In this document: in pieces, positions 1 through 9,575 of the stretch | How the letters are laid out: the number at the start of each line of letters is the position of its first letter | Position numbering within the stretch: position 1 is the first letter of the stretch | NCBI GenBank assembly: GCA_964370585.1 | Contig: CAYJJV010000012.1 | Coordinates: 1 to 58,440, forward strand | Source: an uncultured Alistipes sp. | GTDB taxonomy: Bacteria > Bacteroidota > Bacteroidia > Bacteroidales > Rikenellaceae | DNA: 58,440 bases | Direction: 5' to 3' | The notes under the pieces: model-generated | What the model was told of the DNA's origin: nothing | Databases searched by the model: none | The model's input: only the letters and a program-made list of their open reading frames with translations | Position numbers and translations under genes: made by a program

Positions 1-1
1 T

Positions 2-61
2 GATGAGAATGGCGAACCATTGGTGGCTTGTCACATAACGGATGCAGGGGATGCTGGCTGA
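2..61 (+). CDS. 3' end of an unidentified CDS truncated by the window edge
   Basis: Open frame DENGEPLVACHITDAGDAG-TGA ending 11 bp before the stop of the convergent HTH gene; too short to identify. Confidence 0.3.
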   Translation, partial: DENGEPLVACHITDAGDAG

Positions 62-72
62 AATAATAGCCG

Positions 73-549
73 CTATTTGGGCGTATAGGTCTTGAATGTT
101 TTATCTGCATAAAAGACAACGATGCGCTCGACATCCTGCTCCGTTAAATTTGCGATGCCGCTCGATGATGCCAAAAACTCTTGATCTCTATCTGACTTTA
201 TGTTGCGTCCTGCTGAACTTCGAGTTGGCGAAGCACTCCGCTGAGTCGAAGGTATGGGCGCCGAAAAATCTGAAGAGAATAGATTGTTGCTTTCAACACC
301 ATTTATCTCATCTCCCGTGACAGCCATAAGTTGAGAGGCGTCACGATACATACCTCCCGAATCAAGAAGTAGCCAATCTGGATTGACCTGAGGAAAATGA
401 CGAAGCAACTTATAGATAAAGTCGTAGCTCGGTTTGTTGCGCCCAGCCAGAATGTGTGAAATTCCTGCTGGGTTCACACCCAAAATTTCTGCGAGCTGAC
501 TTGGTTTTAGCCCTTCGCTTGTCATCAATTTCTGCAATTTCTCCTTCAT
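73..549 (-). CDS. XRE-family helix-turn-helix DNA-binding protein, Bacteroidota type
   Basis: Likely start MKEKLQKLM at 549; HTH_3-like 'SQLAEILGVNPAGISHILAGRNKPS...VNPDWLL'; low-complexity linker; C-terminal 'VERIVVFYADKTFKTY'. Confidence 0.85.
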   Translation of the reverse strand: MKEKLQKLMTSEGLKPSQLAEILGVNPAGISHILAGRNKPSYDFIYKLLRHFPQVNPDWLLLDSGGMYRDASQLMAVTGDEINGVESNNLFSSDFSAPIPSTQRSASPTRSSAGRNIKSDRDQEFLASSSGIANLTEQDVERIVVFYADKTFKTYTPK

Positions 550-1016
550 ATTTGTAATTTTTACAAATATAAATATTTTTCTTTTGTAAACCAAATTCAA
601 TACTACAAATGTAATAATAAATCTATCAAAGTTTGCTTTTACAACTGTAATAGAGTGCAAGTGTCAAAATTACATACATAATCACACTTGACATATTACT
701 TTAGTTAATTAGGGTTAAATAACTGAAAATCCATAGTATATATTGGTTAAATTGACTATTATAGCGTTTTTATGGCTATATAATGAAGCATAGAGTACTA
801 TATGTGAATATTAAGTTTATATAAATCAATATAACTTATTGATAATCAAAATAAAGCATCGAGAAGTTTAATAATTTAACAACTTGTTTTATGGCTGAAA
901 AGAGGTTAGCGGAAACGTTACAGTGTTACCAATTACAGATGTATAACCACAGCGCAAAATAGATAATATTTACAAATGTATATCAATACAGCCCTATTGT
1001 GATGTTACAAATGTAT
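546..1016. promoter_or_regulatory. Array of TTACA-nn-TGTAA-type palindromes (putative operator/initiator sites)
   Basis: Copies at 561-572, 603-614, 639-650, 670-681 (degenerate), 933-944, 970-981, 1005-1016, and one overlapping the start codon (546-557); TATATTTG -7 element on minus strand at 564-571. Confidence 0.65.
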
Positions 1017-1229
1017 ATTAGTTGTGAATTTATGTGTGTTTTGCATATGATTTAGAGTTTAAGGGTTGAAATTACATAATAAATATTTGATTGTTAGTAA
1101 GATAAGAGCATTTATATAAACTATTAATTTAACTGAATTGTCGGGAAATATTACTACTGCTACCCTACTGTTGTATAATTGACTCACGAGTTATTAATAT
1201 ATATGTTAATAGTCTGTTGATAAATGTAA
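550..1229. other. Candidate chromosomal replication origin (oriC)
   Basis: Long AT-rich non-coding region; tandem DnaA-box-like TGTTAATAG (1204-1212) and TGTTGATAA (1215-1223) next to TAT-TAA-TAT trinucleotides; further weak boxes at 803-811 and 943-951. Confidence 0.45.
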
Positions 1230-1261
1230 AATCCAGCCTTAAGTTGCCTTAAAGCTGGATT
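1230..1261 (-). terminator. Intrinsic terminator downstream of the HIT gene
   Basis: AATCCAGC...GCTGGATT stem with a short T-run on the minus strand. Confidence 0.65.
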
Positions 1262-1316
1262 AACTGTAATATCACTGTGATACTACCCTATTATATTAAG
1301 TGTTTGTTTAGATTAA

Positions 1317-1700
1317 TCAACTTAAGAGTGTTGTGATTTGGGTAAACTCTTCAGATGTCAATTTGAGCTTCTCACGATGAAAATCTACATCCTCCTCGTT
1401 ATTAATTGGGATAAGGTGAATATGTGCGTGTGGCACCTCCAAGCCAATAACTACTACTGCTACCCTCTTGCACTCGATGCGCTCTTTGATGCGCTTTGCT
1501 ACCCCTTTGGCGAAGAGCATAAGATTGGTAAATCGCTCATCGTCGATGTCGAATATATAGTCAATTTCAATCTTTGGAACGACCAATGTGTGGCCTTTTG
1601 CGATTGGGTTAATATCCAAAAATGCAAAGTTCTGGGCATCCTCTGCCACCTTGTAGCAAGGAATTTCGCCCGCAATAATACGTGAAAAAATTGTCGCCAT
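1317..1700 (-). CDS. HIT family nucleotide hydrolase
   Basis: Start MATIFSRII at 1700; histidine triad 'VPHAHIHLIP'. Confidence 0.92.
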   Translation of the reverse strand: MATIFSRIIAGEIPCYKVAEDAQNFAFLDINPIAKGHTLVVPKIEIDYIFDIDDERFTNLMLFAKGVAKRIKERIECKRVAVVVIGLEVPHAHIHLIPINNEEDVDFHREKLKLTSEEFTQITTLLS

Positions 1701-1773
1701 AATATGGTTATTTTCGAATTTATAAAGTCGTATTGTGTGAGTTAAATCTATTGGCAAATGCAAGACTGAACTA

Positions 1774-2187
1774 TTACTTCCCTTCTTGATCGTGAAATTT
1801 TGGCTTCAAAATCTCGCTGTAGAGTACAGCTTGGCGCAGGTCGAAGTCCTTCAGCAATTCGTTTGGTTGAGAGTCATTTTGTGGTTGTGGCTGCTCATTT
1901 TTTGCCAAATCTGCTTGGCTTGATTGAGGGTTGCTTGAGCTTAAGTTTTTATTTAACTGGCTATTATTAAGACCTTTATTTTTAGTGAATTGCGATTTTT
2001 GTACTCGCTCAAATTTTGCACGCACTTGTGGCTGCTCTTCGCTTGACAACTCAGGTTTTGCCTGCTCTCGTTGTGTCTGTGCTTTTTGCTGTTTAGCAAA
2101 GGCTTTGGCGATGTTGTAGATAACAAAAACTACTGCACCTAAAATATATAATATCTGCTTGAAATCCCCTAATCCACTACTCTCCAT
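1774..2187 (-). CDS. Hypothetical membrane-anchored protein
   Basis: N-terminal TM helix, Q/N/S-rich linker, C-terminal 'FDLRQAVLYSEILKPK'; starts 2 bp after the rel stop. Confidence 0.7.
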   Translation of the reverse strand: MESSGLGDFKQILYILGAVVFVIYNIAKAFAKQQKAQTQREQAKPELSSEEQPQVRAKFERVQKSQFTKNKGLNNSQLNKNLSSSNPQSSQADLAKNEQPQPQNDSQPNELLKDFDLRQAVLYSEILKPKFHDQEGK

Positions 2188-2189
2188 AG

Positions 2190-4418
2190 CTATTGGTTGA
2201 TTTGTCGTTTAACACTCTCGATGCCTTTTATGCCACGAATTTTGCTCATCACGGCGTTGAGCGAGTCGCTATCCTTAACATAGAGGCTTACCAGGCCATC
2301 AAAAATGCCATCGTGGCTATGAATGTTTACCTCACGAATATTGATGCTAAAGTCGTTTGTCACAATTTCAGCCAAATTTAGCAATATTCCACTTCGATCA
2401 ATACCCTGTATTGTGATTGTTACGAGGTACGACATCGCCTTGTGTTGCGACCACTTAATATCCTCTTTTACAATGTTTTTGCCAAACTGAGCTGCCAATT
2501 TATTTAGCTCCTCACAGCTGTTTTTGTGTATCATTATCACTCCCGTCTCAGGCTCTTTATACCCTACCACCTTATCGCCCGGAATTGGGTTGCAGCAGGA
2601 TGCTAACTCATAATGCTTTTTGTCGCCTCCCTCTTCGCCTTTGGGTTGAACCTCAGTGCTATCGCTACTGTGAATAAGCTCCTCGTTATTGCCATCCTTA
2701 GAGGGTATGAAGAGTGTCCAGAACTTGAGTAGCTTATATTTTGAGTTGGTTTTCAGCGCCTTATCTAAATCATCGAGTGAAATGATACCCGAGCCAATTT
2801 TGCTGTACAACTCCTCCTTATTGCTGCTCCCATAGAAGGGCACAATCTTGCGAAGGAGTCGCCCAGAGGAGGTTATGTTTATTGCTCGCAACTTCTCATC
2901 GAGCATCTGAACGCCACGTTCGATGTTGTTTTGTGTTTCACGCTTCAGAAAGCTCTTTATCGCCTGCTTTGCCTTTGCAGTTGTGACCAGATCCAACCAC
3001 TCTGTCTTTGGGCGAGCGTTGTCGGCTGTGATAATCTCTATCTGGTCGCCACTGTTGATTTGCGTGGTGATTGCCACTAATTTATGGTTGATTTTGGCGC
3101 TGATTGCGCTGTTTCCAATTTTGGTGTGCACATCATACGCAAAGTCGAGGGCGGTTGCACCAAATGGCATTGTGCGTGACTCCCCCTTTGGTGTAAAGAC
3201 CACAATTTCAGAGGTATACAGCGATAACTTAAAGTTGTTTAGGAAGTCCACAGCACTCTCCGTTGGGCTGTTTAGTGCATCCCGAACCTGCTTTAGCCAC
3301 TTGTCAAATTCATCCTCGTTTTGGTTTATCGCCTCCTGCTTATATTTCCAATGGGCGGCAAAACCTCGCTCGGCAATATCCTCCATACGCTGGGTGCGTA
3401 TCTGTACCTCGATCCAGTGCCCATCGGGACCCATAACTGTCGAGTGCAGAGCCTCATAGCCGTTTGCCTTGGGCATTGAGATCCAATCTCGCAGTCGATC
3501 AGGCTTGGGGGTGTACATATCTGTAACGGTTGAGTATATCTGCCAGCACTGCGTCTTCTCTGACGGGAATGGCAGCGACTGAAAGATAATTCTGATAGCG
3601 AAAAGGTCGTAAATCTCCTCGAATGGTATCTGTTTACGTTGCATCTTACTCCAAATTGAGTAGACCCCTTTGGTGCGCCCTGCGATGGTGTAGTTGATGT
3701 CATCTTGGTCTAATGAGGCGATTATCGGGGCGCAAAAACGCTTGATATATTCGCTACGTGAAGCCTCACTCGCCTGCAATTTCTGGGTTATCTCGGCATA
3801 TTGCTGTGGTAGGCGGTACTTCATACACAAATCCTCCAATTCGCTCTTGATGGCGTATAGTCCTAAACGGTGCGCCAGCGGTGCGAAGAGATAGATTGTC
3901 TCGCCCGTTATCTTAATCTGCTTATTTTCAGGCATTGAGCCGAGAGTACGCATATTGTGCAGGCGGTCGGCAATCTTGATCAGGATCACACGAACATCGT
4001 CCGAAAGGGTTAAAAGCACCTTGCGAAAGTACTCAGCCTGCTCGGAGGTGTTGGCGTTGAAGACACCCGACATCTTGGTCAATCCATCGACCATCTTGGC
4101 GATTTTGTGTCCGAAGATGCGCTCCATATCCTCGACCGTGTACTCAGTATCCTCCACAACATCGTGCAGGAGTGACGCCACGACCGACTTAACGCCCAGA
4201 CCAATCTCGTCAATCACAATTAGTGCCACCTCAAGAGGATGCAGTAGGTATGGTTCGCCCGAGCGGCGGCGCATACCCTCGTGTGCCTCCTTCGATAGGA
4301 AGTAGGCACGCTTAATGAGAGTTAGGTCATCTTGACTTTTGCAAATTGGCTTACATTTTTCAAGTAACTCCTCCCATTTAGCATCTATAATCTTTTCATC
4401 CTCAGTGCTATAGCTCAT
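2190..4418 (-). CDS. relA: Bifunctional (p)ppGpp synthetase/hydrolase (long RSH)
   Basis: HD motif 'LLHDVVEDT', 'KIADRLHNMRTL', 'PKANGYEALH', 'EVQIRT', TGS 'ALDFAYDVHT', C-terminal ACT domain. Confidence 0.95.
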   Translation of the reverse strand: MSYSTEDEKIIDAKWEELLEKCKPICKSQDDLTLIKRAYFLSKEAHEGMRRRSGEPYLLHPLEVALIVIDEIGLGVKSVVASLLHDVVEDTEYTVEDMERIFGHKIAKMVDGLTKMSGVFNANTSEQAEYFRKVLLTLSDDVRVILIKIADRLHNMRTLGSMPENKQIKITGETIYLFAPLAHRLGLYAIKSELEDLCMKYRLPQQYAEITQKLQASEASRSEYIKRFCAPIIASLDQDDINYTIAGRTKGVYSIWSKMQRKQIPFEEIYDLFAIRIIFQSLPFPSEKTQCWQIYSTVTDMYTPKPDRLRDWISMPKANGYEALHSTVMGPDGHWIEVQIRTQRMEDIAERGFAAHWKYKQEAINQNEDEFDKWLKQVRDALNSPTESAVDFLNNFKLSLYTSEIVVFTPKGESRTMPFGATALDFAYDVHTKIGNSAISAKINHKLVAITTQINSGDQIEIITADNARPKTEWLDLVTTAKAKQAIKSFLKRETQNNIERGVQMLDEKLRAINITSSGRLLRKIVPFYGSSNKEELYSKIGSGIISLDDLDKALKTNSKYKLLKFWTLFIPSKDGNNEELIHSSDSTEVQPKGEEGGDKKHYELASCCNPIPGDKVVGYKEPETGVIMIHKNSCEELNKLAAQFGKNIVKEDIKWSQHKAMSYLVTITIQGIDRSGILLNLAEIVTNDFSINIREVNIHSHDGIFDGLVSLYVKDSDSLNAVMSKIRGIKGIESVKRQINQ

Positions 4419-4420
4419 TG

Positions 4421-5434
4421 TTATGCTTTTTGTGACTTCATTGCCTCACGCACCTTCTGCTCAATCTCTTGTGCCAACTCCACTTCAGTGCGCAGTAGCT
4501 CCTTGACAGAGTCTCGCCCTTGCCCTATCTTGCGCTCGCCATACGAGAACCACGAGCCAGCCTTTTTGATTATACCAAAATCTACACCAAGATCGATAAT
4601 CTCGCCAATCTTCGAGATACCCTCGCCAAACATAATATCGAACTCGGCACGTTTGAATGGTGGCGAAACCTTATTCTTGACCACCTTGACCCTTGTGCGG
4701 TTACCCAACTGCTCCTCGCCATCCTTTATGACCGATGCACGACGTATGTCGATACGCACGCTCGAGTAGAATTTCAGAGCATTACCGCCCGTTGTGGTTT
4801 CGGGGTTGCCATATACAACGCCAATTTTGTCACGTAGCTGGTTGATGAAGATACAAACAGTCTTGGTCTTGGCAATCGACGAGGTGAGCTTGCGCAAAGC
4901 CTGCGACATCAAACGAGCCTGCAGACCCATCTTCGACTCGCCCATCTCGCCCTCAATTTCGGCCTTTGGTGTTAGTGCCGCAACAGAGTCGATGACGATA
5001 ATATCTATGGCCGATGAGCGGATTAGCGAGTCAGCAATCTCCAACGCCTGCTCTCCGTGGTCGGGTTGCGAGATGAGTAGATTATCAACATCGACACCCA
5101 ATTTTTGAGCATAAAAGCTGTCGAAAGCGTGCTCAGCATCGATAAATGCAGCAATACCACCAGCCTTTTGAGCTTCGGCAATGGCGTGTATTGCCAGTGT
5201 AGTCTTACCCGACGATTCGGGGCCATAAATCTCAATCACACGCCCTTTGGGGTAGCCACCCACGCCAAGAGCTATATCGAGATTTATCGAGCCAGTGGGT
5301 ATAACCGCCACATCTGCAACCTCGTCGGAGTTCATTCGCATAATCGAACCCTTGCCAAAATCCTTCTCAATCTTATCCATCACAGCAGATAGTACCTTTA
5401 GTTTATCTGCGTTTACTGTCTGTTTATCAGCCAT
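4421..5434 (-). CDS. recA: Recombinase RecA
   Basis: 'GPESSGKTT', '[14 protein letters not shown]', 'GGNALKFY'. Confidence 0.99.
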   Translation of the reverse strand: MADKQTVNADKLKVLSAVMDKIEKDFGKGSIMRMNSDEVADVAVIPTGSINLDIALGVGGYPKGRVIEIYGPESSGKTTLAIHAIAEAQKAGGIAAFIDAEHAFDSFYAQKLGVDVDNLLISQPDHGEQALEIADSLIRSSAIDIIVIDSVAALTPKAEIEGEMGESKMGLQARLMSQALRKLTSSIAKTKTVCIFINQLRDKIGVVYGNPETTTGGNALKFYSSVRIDIRRASVIKDGEEQLGNRTRVKVVKNKVSPPFKRAEFDIMFGEGISKIGEIIDLGVDFGIIKKAGSWFSYGERKIGQGRDSVKELLRTEVELAQEIEQKVREAMKSQKA

Positions 5435-5445
5435 ATCGTTTAGTT

Positions 5446-5907
5446 TTATTTGTATTCGTTTAAAATCTGTTGTGAATGCTCTTTAGTCTTGACCTTGTCG
5501 ATGATTTTTTCGATTCGACCTTCATTGTCAATGATAAATGTTGTGCGCTGAACACCCATATATTTGCGTCCATACATCGACTTTTCGACCCATACGCCAT
5601 ACTTTTCGCATATCTGCTTGTCGGTGTCGGCGATTAAAGTGAAGTTTAGTGAGTGTTTGTCGCAAAAATTTTTGTGCGAGCGCTCCGAATCGGGACTAAC
5701 GCCCAAAATTGTAAAGCCCATCGCCTTTAGCTCCTCATAGCCATCACGCAGGCTCTGTGCTTGAAGCGTGCAACCAGAGGTGTTATCTTTGGGGTAGAAG
5801 TAGAGGATAACACGCTGACCCTTGAACGATGTTAGTGAAAGCATCGCACCATCTTGAGTTGGGGCTGTAAAATCGGGAGCTATATCCCCCACCTTTAGTT
5901 TTACCAT
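5446..5907 (-). CDS. bcp: Peroxiredoxin Bcp
   Basis: '[12 protein letters not shown]' peroxidatic Cys motif; '[10 protein letters not shown]'. Confidence 0.95.
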   Translation of the reverse strand: MVKLKVGDIAPDFTAPTQDGAMLSLTSFKGQRVILYFYPKDNTSGCTLQAQSLRDGYEELKAMGFTILGVSPDSERSHKNFCDKHSLNFTLIADTDKQICEKYGVWVEKSMYGRKYMGVQRTTFIIDNEGRIEKIIDKVKTKEHSQQILNEYK

Positions 5908-5935
5908 CGAAAAAAGAGTGTAAGGTTAATAACCC

Positions 5936-5943
5936 CAAAGATA
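5936..5943 (-). promoter_or_regulatory. Bacteroidota sigma-A -7 element for bcp-recA-rel
   Basis: TATCTTTG (TAnnTTTG) on the minus strand ~30 bp upstream of bcp. Confidence 0.6.
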
Positions 5944-6014
5944 GTAAAAAATCTTGTGATTGCCGTTTGTTGGGCGGTTTTTTTTGTTTGATGACTTAAA
6001 AAAATGAAAATTAA

Positions 6015-6049
6015 AGGGGATAATATGCTTTTTTAGCACACTATCCCCT
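6015..6049. terminator. Hairpin terminator after dnaA
   Basis: AGGGGATA...TATCCCCT inverted repeat with A/T-rich flanks. Confidence 0.55.
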
Positions 6050-6076
6050 ACTTTTTAGACTATTCGTTTACTCGAA

Positions 6077-7486
6077 CTACGCCGAGAATACAGCCTTCTC
6101 AATCTGTTCGACCTGAGAGGCAAATAGCTTGTCAGTCTCGATTAGGTTTGTGACAGCCTTGCAGGAGTGTAGCACAGTGGCGTGATTGCGACCTCCAACG
6201 GCTGAGCCGATAGTTGCTAATGGCGCCTTAGTGTGCAATTTAGCGAGGTACATAGCCACTTGGCGTGCTTGGGCTACCTCACGTGTTCTGACTGTTGAGT
6301 CTAACTTCGTGCGCTCGATGCCCAAGTAGGTGCAAACCGTCTCGATGATGTGCTCGATGGTAATCTCACGTTGTGTGAGTTTAACATATACCTTCAAAAT
6401 CTCCTTCGCCAGCGAGATTGTAATCTTGCGACCCAAGAACGAGGCGTTGGCGCTAAGTGCCGAGAGTGCACCCTCAATCTCACGCACGTTGGCTGAGATG
6501 TTCTCCGCCAAGTATGCGATTATATCCTCGCCAATCTGAGTGCCGAGCTTTTGAGCCTTTGCACGAATAATCTTCACCTTTGTGGCGTGGTCGGGGATGT
6601 TTAGCTCGGTCGAAAGACCCCACTTAAAGCGTGTTAGGAGGCGCTGCTCAATATCCTTGAGCTCAACGGGTGGCTTGTCGGATGTGAAGATGAGCTGTTT
6701 GCCCGCTAACTGCAGGTGGTTGAATATGTTGAAGAAGGCATTTTGCGTACCTGTCTTGCCCGTAAGTTCTTGAATATCATCGACAATCAAGACGTCTATC
6801 ATCTGATAGAAGTGTATGAAGTCGGGTATCTCGCCATTCTTGAATGCGGTCTGGAATTGCGACTGAAATTTGTTCATCGAGACATACAACACCTGCAATT
6901 CGGGGTGGCGAAGGCGAACTTCGTTGCCGATAGCTTGAGCGATATGCGTCTTGCCAAGCCCAGAGTTTCCATATATATAGAGTGGGTTGAATGGTGTGCT
7001 ACCGGGATTTATCGCCACCGACATACCCGCCGAGCGAGCCAAGCGGTTACACTCCCCCTCGATAAAGTTCTCGAATGTGAGTTTTGGGTTGAGCTGTGGA
7101 TCAATTACAATCCTCTTTAGTCCGGGAATTGTAAAAGGATTTGCTATATTTGCACCACTCTTTTGCATATTTATTGCTGTAGGAGATGGTGTATTTGCAC
7201 CTGTGCTTTGTGGTGCCTGCGTTGGACGAGGCACAGCATAGTGAAGTTTGGTATTATCGCCGTAGTGTTGCGATATGATAGGTCGTAGGAATGGTATATA
7301 ATTCTTCTCGATTTGACGAACGTAGCTCTCGTTGGGCACACGCAAACGAAGGATAGTACCATCGAACTCGATGGGTACAATGGGCTCAAACCACTTCTCA
7401 AACTCCTCTGCAGAAGTTTGAGCCTTGATAAAGCTCAAGCAATGTTGCCACACATCACTATATTTATGTACACTACTCTCCAACAT
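6077..7486 (-). CDS. dnaA: Chromosomal replication initiator DnaA
   Basis: 'FNPLYIYGNSGLGKTH', 'DVLIVDDIQ', 'NVREIEGAL', 'GGRNHATVLHS'. Confidence 0.98.
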   Translation of the reverse strand: MLESSVHKYSDVWQHCLSFIKAQTSAEEFEKWFEPIVPIEFDGTILRLRVPNESYVRQIEKNYIPFLRPIISQHYGDNTKLHYAVPRPTQAPQSTGANTPSPTAINMQKSGANIANPFTIPGLKRIVIDPQLNPKLTFENFIEGECNRLARSAGMSVAINPGSTPFNPLYIYGNSGLGKTHIAQAIGNEVRLRHPELQVLYVSMNKFQSQFQTAFKNGEIPDFIHFYQMIDVLIVDDIQELTGKTGTQNAFFNIFNHLQLAGKQLIFTSDKPPVELKDIEQRLLTRFKWGLSTELNIPDHATKVKIIRAKAQKLGTQIGEDIIAYLAENISANVREIEGALSALSANASFLGRKITISLAKEILKVYVKLTQREITIEHIIETVCTYLGIERTKLDSTVRTREVAQARQVAMYLAKLHTKAPLATIGSAVGGRNHATVLHSCKAVTNLIETDKLFASQVEQIEKAVFSA

Positions 7487-7636
7487 TGTGTTGCAAAAAA
7501 AAGTTTGAATTACACCTTTAAAAAAGTTTGATTAGCGCCGTCTCCTCAAAAAAACAATATTTGCAAAGTTGCTAAATAGTTATTAAATTGCACTCTGAAA
7601 TATCTGAAATACACGTCTGCTTTGGGAGTACAAAGT

Positions 7637-7645
7637 TGTGAATAA
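7637..7645. promoter_or_regulatory. DnaA box upstream of dnaA
   Basis: TGTGAATAA, i.e. TTATTCACA on the other strand, matches TTWTNCACA. Confidence 0.55.
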
Positions 7646-7830
7646 TTTTCTTAAAAAAAATAGTAAAAATTGTTGTTTTTTAACTTTTTTTGTTTATAGA
7701 GGTTAAGGGAATTTTTTTGGTTGAAAATTTAACTCGTTGATATTGAATTAAAACAAAAAAAAGTAGTAAATTTGCAAATCAATTTTTTACACTATATAAG
7801 TATAAATGTATAAATATAAATTATAAAACT

Positions 7831-9573
7831 ATGGCAACACAAATTCAACAGCAAGTTTTGGATAAGGCACAACAGTGGCTTGATGGAAATTATGACGAGG
7901 CGACAAAAGCAGAGGTTAATCGCTTGATTCAGAGTGATATGGCAGAGCTCATTGAGAGCTTCTATAAAGACTTAGAGTTCGGTACAGGAGGCCTTCGAGG
8001 CATTATGGGTGTGGGTTCAAATCGTATGAATATCTACACTGTGGGGACTGCAACGCAGGGTTTGTCGAACTACCTAAAGATAAATTTTGCAGGCGAAGAG
8101 GTGCGTGTAGCAGTGGCTCACGACAGCCGCAACAATTCACGTATGTTTGCTGAGCATATTTCAGATATTTTTGCCTCGAATGGCTTTAAAGTATACCTCT
8201 TCGATGCCCTGCGTCCAACGCCCGAATTGAGCTTTGCAATTAGAGAGCTAAAGTGCCACTCGGGAGTGGTGGTCACGGCCTCGCATAACCCCAAAGAGTA
8301 CAACGGCTATAAGGCCTATTGGTGTGATGGTTCTCAGGTGACCGAACCACACGATAAGAATATCATCGCAGAGGTTGCAAAGATTACTGATGTTGATATG
8401 ATTCTTAGGGGTAAAAATAGTGATAAGATTGAGGTTTTAGGTGATGATTTTGACCAAATCTATCTTAATAAGGTGTACGAACTATCTCTTTCGGGCGATA
8501 GCATCAAGCGCTTCCACGATATGAAGATTGTCTACTCGCCAATGCACGGTGCGGGTGTTAAGTTGGTGCCGATGGCTCTGCAGAAGTTTGGATTTACCAA
8601 CGTTAAATTAGTTGCGGAGCAGAGTGTCGTTGATGGTAACTTCCCCACTGTCGAGTCGCCTAACCCCGAAGAGCGCAAGACGATGGCGATGGCTATCGAC
8701 TTGGCAGCACGTGAGGGTGCCGACCTTGTCTTGGCGACCGACCCCGATGCCGATCGTATCGGTGTTGCGTTGCGCAATAAGGCGGGCGAATATGTCTTGT
8801 TGAATGGTAATCAGACACTTGTCCTAATTCTTAGCTATCAGCTAACTCGCTGGGCGGAGTTGGGACGCTTGGAGGGCAATGAGTATGTTGTTAAGACCAT
8901 TGTTACATCGCTGATGGCAAATGCCGTAGCGGATAACTTCGGTGTTAAGTGTTACGACTGCTTGACGGGATTTAAGTATATTGCTAAGATTATCCGTGAA
9001 AATGAGGGTAAGGCACGCTACATTGGCGGTGGCGAGGAGAGCTTTGGTTACCTTGCGGGCGATTATGTGCGTGATAAGGATGCTGTGTCGGCTTGTGCCT
9101 TGGCAGCTGAAGCTGCAGCGTGGGTGCAAGATACGATGGGACTAACGCTTTATGAGTGGCTGCAGGAGTTATATGTTAAGTATGGCCTATATCGTGAGGG
9201 GTTGGTTTCGGTTGTTCGTAAGGGCAAAGAGGGTGCAGAGCTGATTCAGAAGATGATGGTTGAGTTCCGCACTAACCCTCCAAAGTCGATTTTGGGCTCG
9301 ACAGTTGTTAAGATTAATGACTTTCTGTCGCTCGAAGAGATGGATGTTGTGAATGGCACAAAAACTGCCATTGAGCAGGATAAGAGCAATGTTTTGCAGT
9401 GGTTTACCGAGAGCGGAACCAGTGTGTCGGTGCGCCCTTCGGGTACCGAGCCTAAGATTAAGTTCTATTTTGGCGTCAAGGCTGAGCTAAGCTCTGTGGC
9501 AGATTTTGAGGCTACACTTGCCGAGTTGGATGCACAGATTGAGAAGATTAAGGTTGAACTTAATTTGGTATAG
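7831..9573 (+). CDS. pgm: Phosphoglucomutase/phosphomannomutase
   Basis: 'FGTGGLRG', 'TASHNP', 'DPDADR', 'GEESFG', 'RPSGTEPKIK'; TAAATTTG promoter element at 7767-7774. Confidence 0.95.
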   Translation: MATQIQQQVLDKAQQWLDGNYDEATKAEVNRLIQSDMAELIESFYKDLEFGTGGLRGIMGVGSNRMNIYTVGTATQGLSNYLKINFAGEEVRVAVAHDSRNNSRMFAEHISDIFASNGFKVYLFDALRPTPELSFAIRELKCHSGVVVTASHNPKEYNGYKAYWCDGSQVTEPHDKNIIAEVAKITDVDMILRGKNSDKIEVLGDDFDQIYLNKVYELSLSGDSIKRFHDMKIVYSPMHGAGVKLVPMALQKFGFTNVKLVAEQSVVDGNFPTVESPNPEERKTMAMAIDLAAREGADLVLATDPDADRIGVALRNKAGEYVLLNGNQTLVLILSYQLTRWAELGRLEGNEYVVKTIVTSLMANAVADNFGVKCYDCLTGFKYIAKIIRENEGKARYIGGGEESFGYLAGDYVRDKDAVSACALAAEAAAWVQDTMGLTLYEWLQELYVKYGLYREGLVSVVRKGKEGAELIQKMMVEFRTNPPKSILGSTVVKINDFLSLEEMDVVNGTKTAIEQDKSNVLQWFTESGTSVSVRPSGTEPKIKFYFGVKAELSSVADFEATLAELDAQIEKIKVELNLV

Positions 9574-9575
9574 TT

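Noticed and set aside
550..660. N-terminal extensions in the ORF track (HTH, HIT, dapB, truA, rfbA/B/D, wza, wbpO, trpB2)
   Set aside because: They run through promoters or neighbouring genes; downstream ATGs match family N-termini
1270..1282. TATCAC-T-GTGATA palindrome
   Set aside because: Single short dyad downstream of the HIT gene with no second copy noticed
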